Shown here: positions 38,949-47,719 of the stretch, one piece after another
Layout of the letters: every line of letters starts with the position of its first letter
Position numbering within the stretch: the stretch's first letter is position 1
Assembly (NCBI GenBank): GCA_023261815.1
Contig: JALNKA010000002.1
Span: 36,340 to 100,339, forward strand
Direction of reading: 5' to 3'
Origin: Candidatus Wolframiiraptor sinensis
GTDB taxonomy: Archaea; Thermoproteota; Nitrososphaeria_A; Caldarchaeales; Wolframiiraptoraceae
Length of the DNA stretch: 64,000 nucleotides
Made by a program: the position numbers and the translations under genes
The notes under the pieces: model-generated
Database searches by the model: none
Told to the model about the DNA's origin: nothing
Seen by the model: the letters and a program-made list of their open reading frames with translations, nothing else

Positions 38949-39887
38949 TTAACGGCCTTTAATGCTCTCCACGTATCTTATCGCTTCAAGCGCGGCTATG
39001 CAGCCGAATCCAGCGGATGTTATCGCCTGCCTGTATCGCTTATCCATGACCTCGCCGGCGGCGAAGACCCCCTCAACGCTGGTCTTGACGAGATCCCTCG
39101 TAATCACATAGCCCTCCTCATCCAGCTCCAGCCATCCACGGAATATCTCGGTCATCGGCTTATGGCCTATCGCTATGAAGACCGCGTCGCATTCCACTTT
39201 GATGAGCTCGCCGCTCAACAGATTCCTGACGAGCACGCCCCTCACACGATCCTCGCCAATTATGTCCTCGACGACGCTGTTCCAGATTATCGTGATCTTG
39301 GGCTCGGATAGCAGCCTATCTTGGAGGATTTTGGACGCCCTAAGCCTATCCCTTCTATGAATAAGGGTCACGTGCTCCGCCACCTTAGCGCAGAAGAGCG
39401 CATATTCGGCAGCGCTATCCCCTCCACCAACAACCACGAGGTTCTTAGCCCCCCTATAGAGGGGAGCATCGCACGTGGCGCAAGTCGAGACCCCTCTTCC
39501 CATTAGCCTCTGCTCAGACTCCAGGCCCAAGGGCCTGGGATAAGCTCCAGTAGCTACTATGACAGATAGCGCGCGATACTCCACATTCCTAACAAAAATC
39601 TTGAATGGACGTGATGCGAAATCAACGCCTGTTGCATCTTCGTGCAATATCTCGGCTCCAAACCTTTTTGCCTGCTCCATCATTTCCATCATCAAGTCCG
39701 GGCCTCTGATACCCTCGGAGAAGCCGGGAAAGTTCTCGACGATCGTGGTCTTCATGAGCTGGCCGCCCGGGGCTACGCCGCCTATCACTAAGGTTCTTAA
39801 GCCAGCCCTAGCGGCATAAATCGCTGCGGTGCATCCAGCCGGTCCAGAACCCAAAATAACGACATCATATAATTCCCCCGAGCCCAT
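38949..39887 (-). CDS. trxB: Thioredoxin reductase
   Basis: GSGPAG, VENFPG, CATCD, GGGDSA, HRRD, FAAGE, YRQAITSAG. Confidence 0.93.
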   Translation of the reverse strand: MGSGELYDVVILGSGPAGCTAAIYAARAGLRTLVIGGVAPGGQLMKTTIVENFPGFSEGIRGPDLMMEMMEQAKRFGAEILHEDATGVDFASRPFKIFVRNVEYRALSVIVATGAYPRPLGLESEQRLMGRGVSTCATCDAPLYRGAKNLVVVGGGDSAAEYALFCAKVAEHVTLIHRRDRLRASKILQDRLLSEPKITIIWNSVVEDIIGEDRVRGVLVRNLLSGELIKVECDAVFIAIGHKPMTEIFRGWLELDEEGYVITRDLVKTSVEGVFAAGEVMDKRYRQAITSAGFGCIAALEAIRYVESIKGR

Positions 39888-39998
39888 GATGAATTTGATC
39901 TAGCAGGCCAATATAAGATTTGGTGGCCTCTTCAACGAAGAAGCCCATCCGGATTCAGGGAACATGATGCGCGCTCTCGAATTCCTGACCTCTTCCAT

Positions 39999-41096
39999 CT
40001 ATAGAATCATGTTAAGGAAATATCCGACAAATACTATCTGTGGGATTGTAAGTATGGGAAGCCATAGCGCGGCTTTCTTGCCTATGTTGGACCAGATTAG
40101 GCCTATCTCCGTATAATCCGTCGCAACGCCCGCCATAAGGAACACGAGCGCGTTGCCGAAAGCCCCGGTCTGCCCGTAAATCTCTAGGGCGAGTGGGGCC
40201 GTTCCCTCCGAGCACACCTCTATCACGGTCGCGAAGATCAGCGTCGCCAGCAAACCGGGGAGAGTCGGCCCCATATAATTCATGAGGATCTCCCCGGGGA
40301 CGTAGGCCCGAATCGCGGCGGCGATGAGCATCCCTATAACGATCCACCACAATATCATCCTAGTCAGCTCCCATGAGCCTTTAAGAACGCCGACCAGATC
40401 TCTGAAAACATTTCCAGCGCTGAGATCATACCCGCGCCACCTTGCCCTAATATCGACTAGAATCGAGAAGTTATCCTCGATGTTACCTTGGTGAGCGTTG
40501 CACTCCACCAAGCCAGCCCTATCCAGCGCCTGATACAGTAGACCCGTGATTACGGCGATAGCTATCGCGGAGATGAGGAATATCAAGCCTTTAAGCCCAA
40601 AGAGCCCGAGCAGCAGTATGGTGATCGGCAGGCTGGCCCACGGCGAGGCCAGTAGAAATGCGATCACGGCGGGTGTTGAAGCCCCCTTCCTATAAAGCTC
40701 CATGGATATCGCGAGAATTCCATGGGAGCAGGCGGATGCGAGAAATCCAAGGCCAACCGAGTAGATCACGTTCCTCTTATCGTGCCGGGCGAGAAGTCTC
40801 CAGACGTACTCACGCGGAACAAATCGGTCGATCAAGCCGCCCACGAGCAGCCCAACAGTCATCGGCAGCCATATAATCCCCACATAATCGTGGAATGAGG
40901 ATAATAGGCTCCCCAGAACCGATGCTCCGAATTTGTCTAAGACAATATGGGCCGCGTAGAGGGCGATCAGCCCCAAAGCTACTAGGAGAAGCCTCTCCTC
41001 ATACCACCTCTTAGATTCACGGGAACAAACATGACAGCACTCACCATCATGCTCGACCCCACAAGCACGACCCAAACTCTCAACCACCCCCAGCAC
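39999..41096 (-). CDS. DUF318/ArsP-family permease
   Basis: Polytopic; duplicated motifs SACSHG...FLLASP and EVCSEG...FLMAG; Cys/His-rich N-terminus. Confidence 0.8.
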   Translation of the reverse strand: MLGVVESLGRACGVEHDGECCHVCSRESKRWYEERLLLVALGLIALYAAHIVLDKFGASVLGSLLSSFHDYVGIIWLPMTVGLLVGGLIDRFVPREYVWRLLARHDKRNVIYSVGLGFLASACSHGILAISMELYRKGASTPAVIAFLLASPWASLPITILLLGLFGLKGLIFLISAIAIAVITGLLYQALDRAGLVECNAHQGNIEDNFSILVDIRARWRGYDLSAGNVFRDLVGVLKGSWELTRMILWWIVIGMLIAAAIRAYVPGEILMNYMGPTLPGLLATLIFATVIEVCSEGTAPLALEIYGQTGAFGNALVFLMAGVATDYTEIGLIWSNIGKKAALWLPILTIPQIVFVGYFLNMIL

Positions 41097-41144
41097 GGGC
41101 AGCTATACCCGCGAGAATCCCCATCAAATAACACCCCACCAAAT

Positions 41145-41157
41145 ATAACTTTGTTAT
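41145..41157. promoter_or_regulatory. Perfect ATAAC-n3-GTTAT palindrome, permease promoter
   Basis: ATAACTTTGTTAT. Confidence 0.55.
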
Positions 41158-41191
41158 CTACATAATAAACCTTGATGGGAATGCTTAAATT

Positions 41192-41204
41192 ATGACAATG
41201 TTAT
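41192..41204. promoter_or_regulatory. ATAAC-n3-GTTAT-like operator, SDR promoter
   Basis: ATGACAATGTTAT immediately after TATA-like CTTAAATT. Confidence 0.5.
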
Positions 41205-41211
41205 TTTACAC

Positions 41212-41972
41212 ATGATGCTTAACTTGAGCGATAGGGTGGCTATAGTGACCGGCGCAGGCCAGGGGATAGGCAGGGAGGTCTTCCTGCAGCTTGCTCAAGC
41301 CGGCGCAAAGGTGGTTTTGATCGATGTTAGTGATAAGGTTTTCGATGTTTTGAGGGAGATTAGGGGTTTTGGCGGAGATGGTCTGGCCATTAAATGCGAT
41401 GTATCGCGTTGGGAGGATGTTCAGGCGGCGGTGAATCAGGTACTGGATAAATTCGGGAGGATTGATATACTCGTCAATAATGCGGGCATTTATCCGTTTA
41501 AGCCGTTTACGGAGATGGGCGAGCAGGATTGGGATAAGGTTCTAGACGTAAATCTCAAGGGAGTATTCAATTTCACGAGGGCCGTTCTGCCGAGGATGAT
41601 TGAGCAGAGAAGGGGTAAGATAAGGGTAAGATAATAAACATATCCTCAATCGCTGGATCTGTCGTGGGCTTTCCGAACCTGGTCCACTACTCGGCTAGCA
41701 AGGCGGGGATAATTGGGTTCACGAGGGCGCTGGCCCTCGAGACAGCTCAATACGGCATAACCGTGAATGCGATATCCCCAGGTCCTATCGAGACGCCAGG
41801 CATAGGGGTTCTAAGCAAGGAGGCCTACGAGCAGGTGAGGCGAGCTATTCCCCTAGGGAGATTTGGGAAGCCGGAGGAGGTCGCCTACTTAGTGCTCTTT
41901 CTGGCGAGCGATAAATCGGACTTCATAACCGGGCAAAATATAGTGATAGATGGCGGCTACACAATACAGTAG
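41212..41972 (+). pseudogene. FabG-like short-chain dehydrogenase, frameshifted by an 11-bp tandem duplication
   Basis: TGAGQGIG and NNAG in the first ORF; YSASK and DGG in the second. Removing one GGGTAAGATAA copy restores RRGKIINISS. Confidence 0.85.
41613..41634 (+). repeat. Perfect 11-bp tandem duplication (GGGTAAGATAA)x2
   Basis: Copies at 41613-41623 and 41624-41634. Confidence 0.95.
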
Positions 41973-42033
41973 AAGCGCCCCCAGCCTCCTCCAATATTTT
42001 TATGCACGGCATTTGTGGGCGCCGTGAAACTGA

Positions 42034-42996
42034 TTAGCCTTCCTCTTCTATAGCTATGGGCACTTCCAGCTCGAAGCTCCTGTATCCCCTCGTGATCATC
42101 AGCTTGATTCTGCCCTTGTCCATTGATTCCTCCAAAATTTTTCTGAGATCGCTGATGCTGCGGATGGCGTGGCCGTTTGCCCCGGTTATTACATCCCCCT
42201 CCCTGATGCCGTAGATGTGCGCTGGGCTTCCCTCGAAAACCCTGACGACCAGAAGCCCCTCGGAGACCCTTAAGGATAAATATCTGGCAATATGCTCTCT
42301 CAGCGGCATCGTTATCACGCCGATCCAGGGCCTTAATGCTCTGCCATATCTGGAGACCATCTCGATGAATCTCTTTATCGTGTTTATCGGTATAGCGAAG
42401 CCGATTCCCTGGGCGTATGGTATCATGGCCGTAGTCATGCCTATGACCTCGCCCCTCATGTTGAGGAGCGGCCCGCCGCTATTGCCGGGATTTATCGCCG
42501 CGCCCGTCTGGATCAAGTCCTCCAAGATGAAGCCGTCGCCCTCGATAGTTCTCCCGACGGCGCTCACGATGCCGAGGCTAACATTCGGCCCGGGAAGCCC
42601 GAGAGGACTCCCAATAGCTAAAACCAGCTCTCCAACTTTGACTTCATCGGAGTCGCCGAGCTTCAGAGGCTTGAGATCCGCACCTGGAACTCTCAGGAGT
42701 GCGACATCACGGGATGGCGATCTAGCCTCAATTCTTCCCTCAAGCCTCCTACCGCCGATCAACACCTCTATAGACCCGCTCTCGGAGACCACGTGATTAT
42801 TGGTCACGAGATGCCCGTCGTGGGAGATGGCGAAAGCCGATCCTACGCCTCTCACGGGGACAGGCCTGAGGAAGGCATCCACCCTTATCCCAGTCGCTAT
42901 AACGCTCACAACGCTATTCCACGCCCCCTCGACCAAGTTGCTTATCTCTTTTGAGATCTGCTCCAGCAGCTCTCCAGACTGAAAACCACACCTCAT
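42034..42996 (-). CDS. HtrA/DegP-like serine protease with PDZ domain (no signal peptide)
   Basis: TNNHV, DVALL, AINPGNSGGPL triad; C-terminal PDZ (GSPA...GDVI). Confidence 0.92.
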   Translation of the reverse strand: MRCGFQSGELLEQISKEISNLVEGAWNSVVSVIATGIRVDAFLRPVPVRGVGSAFAISHDGHLVTNNHVVSESGSIEVLIGGRRLEGRIEARSPSRDVALLRVPGADLKPLKLGDSDEVKVGELVLAIGSPLGLPGPNVSLGIVSAVGRTIEGDGFILEDLIQTGAAINPGNSGGPLLNMRGEVIGMTTAMIPYAQGIGFAIPINTIKRFIEMVSRYGRALRPWIGVITMPLREHIARYLSLRVSEGLLVVRVFEGSPAHIYGIREGDVITGANGHAIRSISDLRKILEESMDKGRIKLMITRGYRSFELEVPIAIEEEG

Positions 42997-43066
42997 ACCG
43001 ATATGAGGTTAGGTGCCGTGAGTTAAAAATGATTTGCGGGCCGGCAATCATCTGCCCGGCCGATCA

Positions 43067-43471
43067 TCAGATGCTCGATGCTACTTGTTTGGCGAATATT
43101 GTTGGGCATACATTGCAGCGCGAGACATCAATCCTGGGATCAAGCCTCTTGTGATAGGAGCAGAAATACTTCATGGATAGAATGTAGGAGGTTATCTCGA
43201 TAATCTTTTCATGAATTTTGTCTTCGTCAAGCTCGCCCATGAATATTTTTGCGGCGAGATCTTCGATCATCCGCGTTACATCGCTGAATCTGGTAAGCTT
43301 CATGCCAGCCCCTCTCTCCGACCTGATATACCTCGTGATTGCCGAGCGTGATAGGCCGAGCTTTCTAGCGGCCTCAGCCTCCATCATCCCCATCTTGACA
43401 AGCTCTCTTGCCAAGTGCCGCCTCACGGAGGGCACCAGATACCTCGCGACCAGCTCAAATACGTCCCTCAT
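43067..43471 (-). CDS. HTH transcriptional regulator (COG2522-like) with C-terminal C-x2-H...C-x2-C
   Basis: VPSVRRHLARELV, AARKLGLSRSAITRYI...RG, FCSYH...CNVC. Confidence 0.8.
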   Translation of the reverse strand: MRDVFELVARYLVPSVRRHLARELVKMGMMEAEAARKLGLSRSAITRYIRSERGAGMKLTRFSDVTRMIEDLAAKIFMGELDEDKIHEKIIEITSYILSMKYFCSYHKRLDPRIDVSRCNVCPTIFAKQVASSI

Positions 43472-43473
43472 GG

Positions 43474-44796
43474 CTATAGCACTATGATCTTCTTCCTTAT
43501 TTCTTCTGGATTGTTTATCACATCTGTGAAGTCCTCGACTATCTCGACCGTTCCGAGGAGCTCGCCTTCTTCATTTTTCACTCCGACTATCAGGACCCTT
43601 ACTATCCTGTCGCCGATCCTCGTCCAGAACTCCCTGTAATCGGCCTTCCCCATCTTTATCTCGTCAACGACCTTCCTGACGGCGCCCTCGAGCCTCGGCG
43701 GATGACAGTACTCGAGTCTCCTCCCGATTATCGTCTTCGCCCTCACGAAGCGCTGGTGGAATACGCTCTCGGTGAAGAACTTGATCCTATCATCCTTATT
43801 GGCATATGTGATCTCGATTGGAAGTGCTCTGAAGAGTGCTTTAACTTCCTCGGGGCTTAGGAACCCTGTCCCGAGATCCAGATCTCCTTCCGAGCGGATT
43901 TCATAGGTGTCGGGCTGAAGGCTCTGCGAGAGGGCCATGATCCTGAACTCCTGCGGGAGCTTCTCGACCTGCTCCGGCGATATCCCGGCCTTCAGTTGAT
44001 GGGGCAGGATGGGCTCCGCCTCGCTTCTCCACCTCTCATCAACCTCAACTAGGTATCCGAGGTCCTCGGCTATCTCGGCTACCGCTGCCCACTCGCCCTC
44101 CGTTAGCAGGGCCCAGACGGCCGGAAAGAGTATCTTGTTCTCCCTGAAGACTAGGTCTGAGGTTTCATGGGCTATCTCGAGAGCTCTATTAGCCACCTCA
44201 TTCACTCGAGATCTATTGAACTCGGTCTCCAACTTGCCGATCGCGTCTAGGAGGCCTCGAAGCTTCACCCTCACTTGGTCCTCTCTACCCCACATCACCC
44301 TCGGAACAGCCACTATCCCCCTCCGCTCAAGATACGGGAACAACAGCATCTGGATCTTGCGATAGTGAAGCCTGATCTTCGCCAGCTCGAGAGCGGCTTG
44401 CTTCAAGCCCGCAAGAGCGCCTCTAGCCTCTTCATCGCTTCCAGCTTGCAGGATGGCGAAGGCATGTAGGCTCAGGGCATCCGCTTGCCTCACTATCCAC
44501 TCATTCTCCCTAATGAGAAGGTCGAGCGGGTGTCCCCTCGGAACTCCTTCGAGCTCCCTTGATCTGAGATGCTCCCTAAATAACTCGACATGAAGATCGC
44601 ACAGCCTCAGTATCTCATCTATCTTAATGCCCTCTCTAACTAGCTGCTGCTCGATCAGTGGTATCTCGAAAGGAGATACCTGAGAAAGGACATCGCCGAA
44701 CTCTCTTTTCAGCTTCTCAACACTCTCGCCAGCATGCAAAGCCTTCAAAATTCTCTTAATGGCCTCAATCTTATCAGGCGCGGATTTTGTTGACAC
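43474..44796 (-). CDS. DUF438 protein with hemerythrin-like and PAS domains
   Basis: EIPLIEQQL, LCDLHV, GHPL...EN, HYRK...LFPYLE, VMW, ENKILFP, LPIEITY, CHPP. Confidence 0.85.
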   Translation of the reverse strand: MSTKSAPDKIEAIKRILKALHAGESVEKLKREFGDVLSQVSPFEIPLIEQQLVREGIKIDEILRLCDLHVELFREHLRSRELEGVPRGHPLDLLIRENEWIVRQADALSLHAFAILQAGSDEEARGALAGLKQAALELAKIRLHYRKIQMLLFPYLERRGIVAVPRVMWGREDQVRVKLRGLLDAIGKLETEFNRSRVNEVANRALEIAHETSDLVFRENKILFPAVWALLTEGEWAAVAEIAEDLGYLVEVDERWRSEAEPILPHQLKAGISPEQVEKLPQEFRIMALSQSLQPDTYEIRSEGDLDLGTGFLSPEEVKALFRALPIEITYANKDDRIKFFTESVFHQRFVRAKTIIGRRLEYCHPPRLEGAVRKVVDEIKMGKADYREFWTRIGDRIVRVLIVGVKNEEGELLGTVEIVEDFTDVINNPEEIRKKIIVL

Positions 44797-45048
44797 GCGT
44801 CAACACCTCATACAATTTCTCTTCTTACTTGCTAATAAACCTTATCTCGCGAAAAAGCCCTGCATAAGGCATCACACCGCAAAGAGACGATAAACAAATG
44901 TCTTGGATGATGTTGGGGTGCGGCGGGTCTGCCGGGGGAAATCATGTTTGGCGCCTCACATCCCTTCCATGAGAAGCGGAGATATTCGCATTTTATTGCT
45001 GAGGGATGTGGATGATGATCCTCGCCTGAAGTTTCTCGCGTTGCACGT

Positions 45049-45945
45049 TTAACGCGGGTAGACTTCCACGCCATTCGCGGGGTTTCGGCACTCCTTCTCG
45101 AACTCCTCCATCAGCCTTAGGGTTATTTTTCCGGCTCTACCATCCCCTATGATTCTTCCAGCAATCTTTGTTACCGGGAGGATCTCGGCTCCTGTTCCGG
45201 TCACGAATACCTCATCCGCCGTTATCAGCTCGAAGGGCGTTATCTCCCTTTCCTCGACCTGATATCCGAGCTTTCGGGCGAGCTTCATGGTGAAGGCCCT
45301 AGTTATCCCGGGCAGCATTCCAGTGGTCGGCGGCGGGGTTGCTATCACGCCGTTCTTGACCATGAATATATTCGTTGATGTTGTCTCGGCGACGAAGCCC
45401 CTCTCATCGAGCATGACCGCGTCATCGGCTCCTGCGCTTATCGCCTCGAGCTTCGCCAGAATGCTGTTCAAGTAGTTCAGGGATTTTATCTGATGCGTCG
45501 TCGCGTCAACCCTATCCCTCCTGACGGATGAGATTATCAGGGAGATCCCCCTCATCTTCGCCTCCCTGCTGTATAGTGTTAGAGCCGGCTCCGTGATGAT
45601 TATGACATTCGGGTTACTGCACTTCCTTGGATCTAGGCCGAGGTCTCCGATCCCGCGTGTAACCACGAGCCTTATGTATGCATCGCGCAGGCCATTTCTC
45701 CTCAGGGTCTCGACGACCGCCTCCACCATCTCATCTTTCGTCAATGGTATCTCGAGCATTATCGCCTTCGCCGAGTCGTATAGCCTATCGATGTGCTCTC
45801 TGAGCATGAAGACTACCCCATCGTATTCTCTTATCCCCTCGAAGACCCCGTCTCCGTAGAGGAATCCGTGATCGTAGACCGAGATCATGGCCCTGCTCTT
45901 GGGGTAATATTCCCCGTTAATGTAGACGAGAAGCTCGCCGCTCAT
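45049..45945 (-). CDS. ilvE: Branched-chain amino acid aminotransferase
   Basis: DHGFLYGDGVFEG, KSLNY, LPGITR, DEVFVTGTGAE. Confidence 0.93.
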   Translation of the reverse strand: MSGELLVYINGEYYPKSRAMISVYDHGFLYGDGVFEGIREYDGVVFMLREHIDRLYDSAKAIMLEIPLTKDEMVEAVVETLRRNGLRDAYIRLVVTRGIGDLGLDPRKCSNPNVIIITEPALTLYSREAKMRGISLIISSVRRDRVDATTHQIKSLNYLNSILAKLEAISAGADDAVMLDERGFVAETTSTNIFMVKNGVIATPPPTTGMLPGITRAFTMKLARKLGYQVEEREITPFELITADEVFVTGTGAEILPVTKIAGRIIGDGRAGKITLRLMEEFEKECRNPANGVEVYPR

Positions 45946-46051
45946 GGCTTCTCTCAGCTTATAGTTTCCAGAAGATAAAAGTTCCGGCTGGGGGAGAGCG
46001 CCTCAGCTAAACAATTATAGCGGGTGGGGCGATTGAGATTCCGGGATCCTG

Positions 46052-46486
46052 ATGGTGGAGGAGCACTACGCGCTCGACCCGGTTGATCTCAAGATAATAG
46101 AACTCCTGAGGAGGGATGGGAGAATGCCCTTCGTGGAGCTGGGGAAGAGGATCGGCTTATCCGAGGCGGCGGTTAGGCGGAGGGTGAAGATGCTCCAAGA
46201 GCGTGGGATACTCAGGAAGTTCACGATAGAGGTTGATGAGGGCTTTCAGGTGAGCGCGGTTATCTTCCTCCAGTTCGAGTCGAGCAGACTTCCGGGAGAG
46301 ATAGTCGAGAAGATAGCGAAGGTGCCGGGCGTCCGGACGATCTACGAGCTGACCGGGAGATTCGACGCCATAGTGATAATCTCGGCATCCAAGATCTCGG
46401 AGCTTAATGAAAGAATAGACAGGATAAGAGCAATAGAGGGCGTGAGGAGCACGGAGACGGCGGTGGTTCTAAGGATCATAAGCTAG
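46052..46486 (+). CDS. Lrp/AsnC family transcriptional regulator
   Basis: LDPVDLKIIELLRRDGRMPF...LSEAAVRRRV; RAM domain TGRFD. Confidence 0.92.
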   Translation: MVEEHYALDPVDLKIIELLRRDGRMPFVELGKRIGLSEAAVRRRVKMLQERGILRKFTIEVDEGFQVSAVIFLQFESSRLPGEIVEKIAKVPGVRTIYELTGRFDAIVIISASKISELNERIDRIRAIEGVRSTETAVVLRIIS

Positions 46487-46538
46487 GGAGATAACGCTAT
46501 AAACCGCCTCGGGCGGAATCTTCCCGGAGAAGGATCGC

Positions 46539-47676
46539 ATGGTAATATACGAGGAGCGCTGGGATCTCGGCAGGCTCGTGACATTCGTCCCGAACAAGAG
46601 GACGCCGATCTACAACTGGTTTTTTCTTTAAGGAAGGCTTCTCCCGGGAATTCGTCCACATGATGCTCCGGGAGTTCGATGCCGGTCCGGGCTCAATTAT
46701 CCTAGACCCGTTCCTAGGCTCGGGCACAACCCTACTGGCTTGCAAAGAGCTCGGCGTGGACGGCGTGGGCATCGACGTGGCCCCGCTCGCAGTCTTCGTG
46801 AGCAAAGTCAAGATAGCGGACTATGATCTGGAGGAGCTTAAGAGGGCCGCGAGCTGGCTCCTAAGCCAGCCATTCCAGAGGCCGGATCTCTCGGGCGTGA
46901 GCGGTTTCGTCAAGCAGTTCTTCCTAAAGCCATCGCTCGAGGACATAATCTTCTTCAGGGAGAAGATTCGCGAGATCGAGAACCCCCTCGTCAGGAACTT
47001 CTTCACTCTGGCCCTCATGAACGCGGCGATGAAGGTTTCTCTCGCCTACAAGGATGGAGCGGTTTTAAAAGTGGTGAGGGATAAGCCTGTCCCACCCTTC
47101 AGGAAGTTCTTCAAGAGAATGGTCAAGAAGATGATAGGAGATTTGACGAGGCTGAGCTTCAAGCCATGCAGGCTGGAGGTGCATCTCGGCGACGCGAGGA
47201 AGATGGACTTCCTAGAAGATGAGATGTTCGACGCGATAATAACCTCGCCGCCATACCTCAACAAGATCGAGTACACGAAAGTTTACAGGATCGAGTACGA
47301 GCTCTTTTTCGGCGACGTGAAGATAGATCCCATCAGGTCCTATCTCGGGCTGAATCCGAAGAACGTCGTGGACCAGTTTCCGGAGCTGAATCTTCCGGAG
47401 ATCGCGAAAGCATACTTCCACGATATGAGGCTCTGCCTCGAGGAGATGTTCAGGGTCCTGAAGCCCGGCGGCAGGGTCGCGCTGGTCGTCGCCGGAGGAG
47501 CCTTCCCGGATAGGGTTGTCGAGTCGGATAAGCTCATCATGAAGCTCGCCGAGATCGTCGGGTTCGAGCCGGAGAGGCTGATCGCCGTGAACAAGAGGGT
47601 TGCGACAACACGGAGGGTGATAAAAATCGGAGAAGCGAGGGAGAGCATACTGATATTCTCGAAGCCGGCCCCCTAG
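46539..47676 (+). CDS. Orphan amino (N4-C/N6-A) DNA methyltransferase with a +1 frameshift near 46620-46631
   Basis: DPFLGSGTT and ITSPPY motifs. An upstream frame from ATG 46539 encodes TFVPNKRTPIYNWF, which joins KEGFS only after a +1 shift. Confidence 0.8.
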
Positions 47677-47719
47677 GATTCGGCAATTATCATATTCCTG
47701 CGCATAATCCTTAAGCGGC

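Noticed and set aside
42490-42520. HtrA QTGAAIN instead of QTDAAIN as an inactivating change
   Set aside because: The catalytic His, Asp and Ser motifs are intact; a single substitution is not enough evidence.
32140-45050. Integrated element at tRNA-Ser with att duplication
   Set aside because: No repeat of the tRNA 3' end and no integrase were found in the window.
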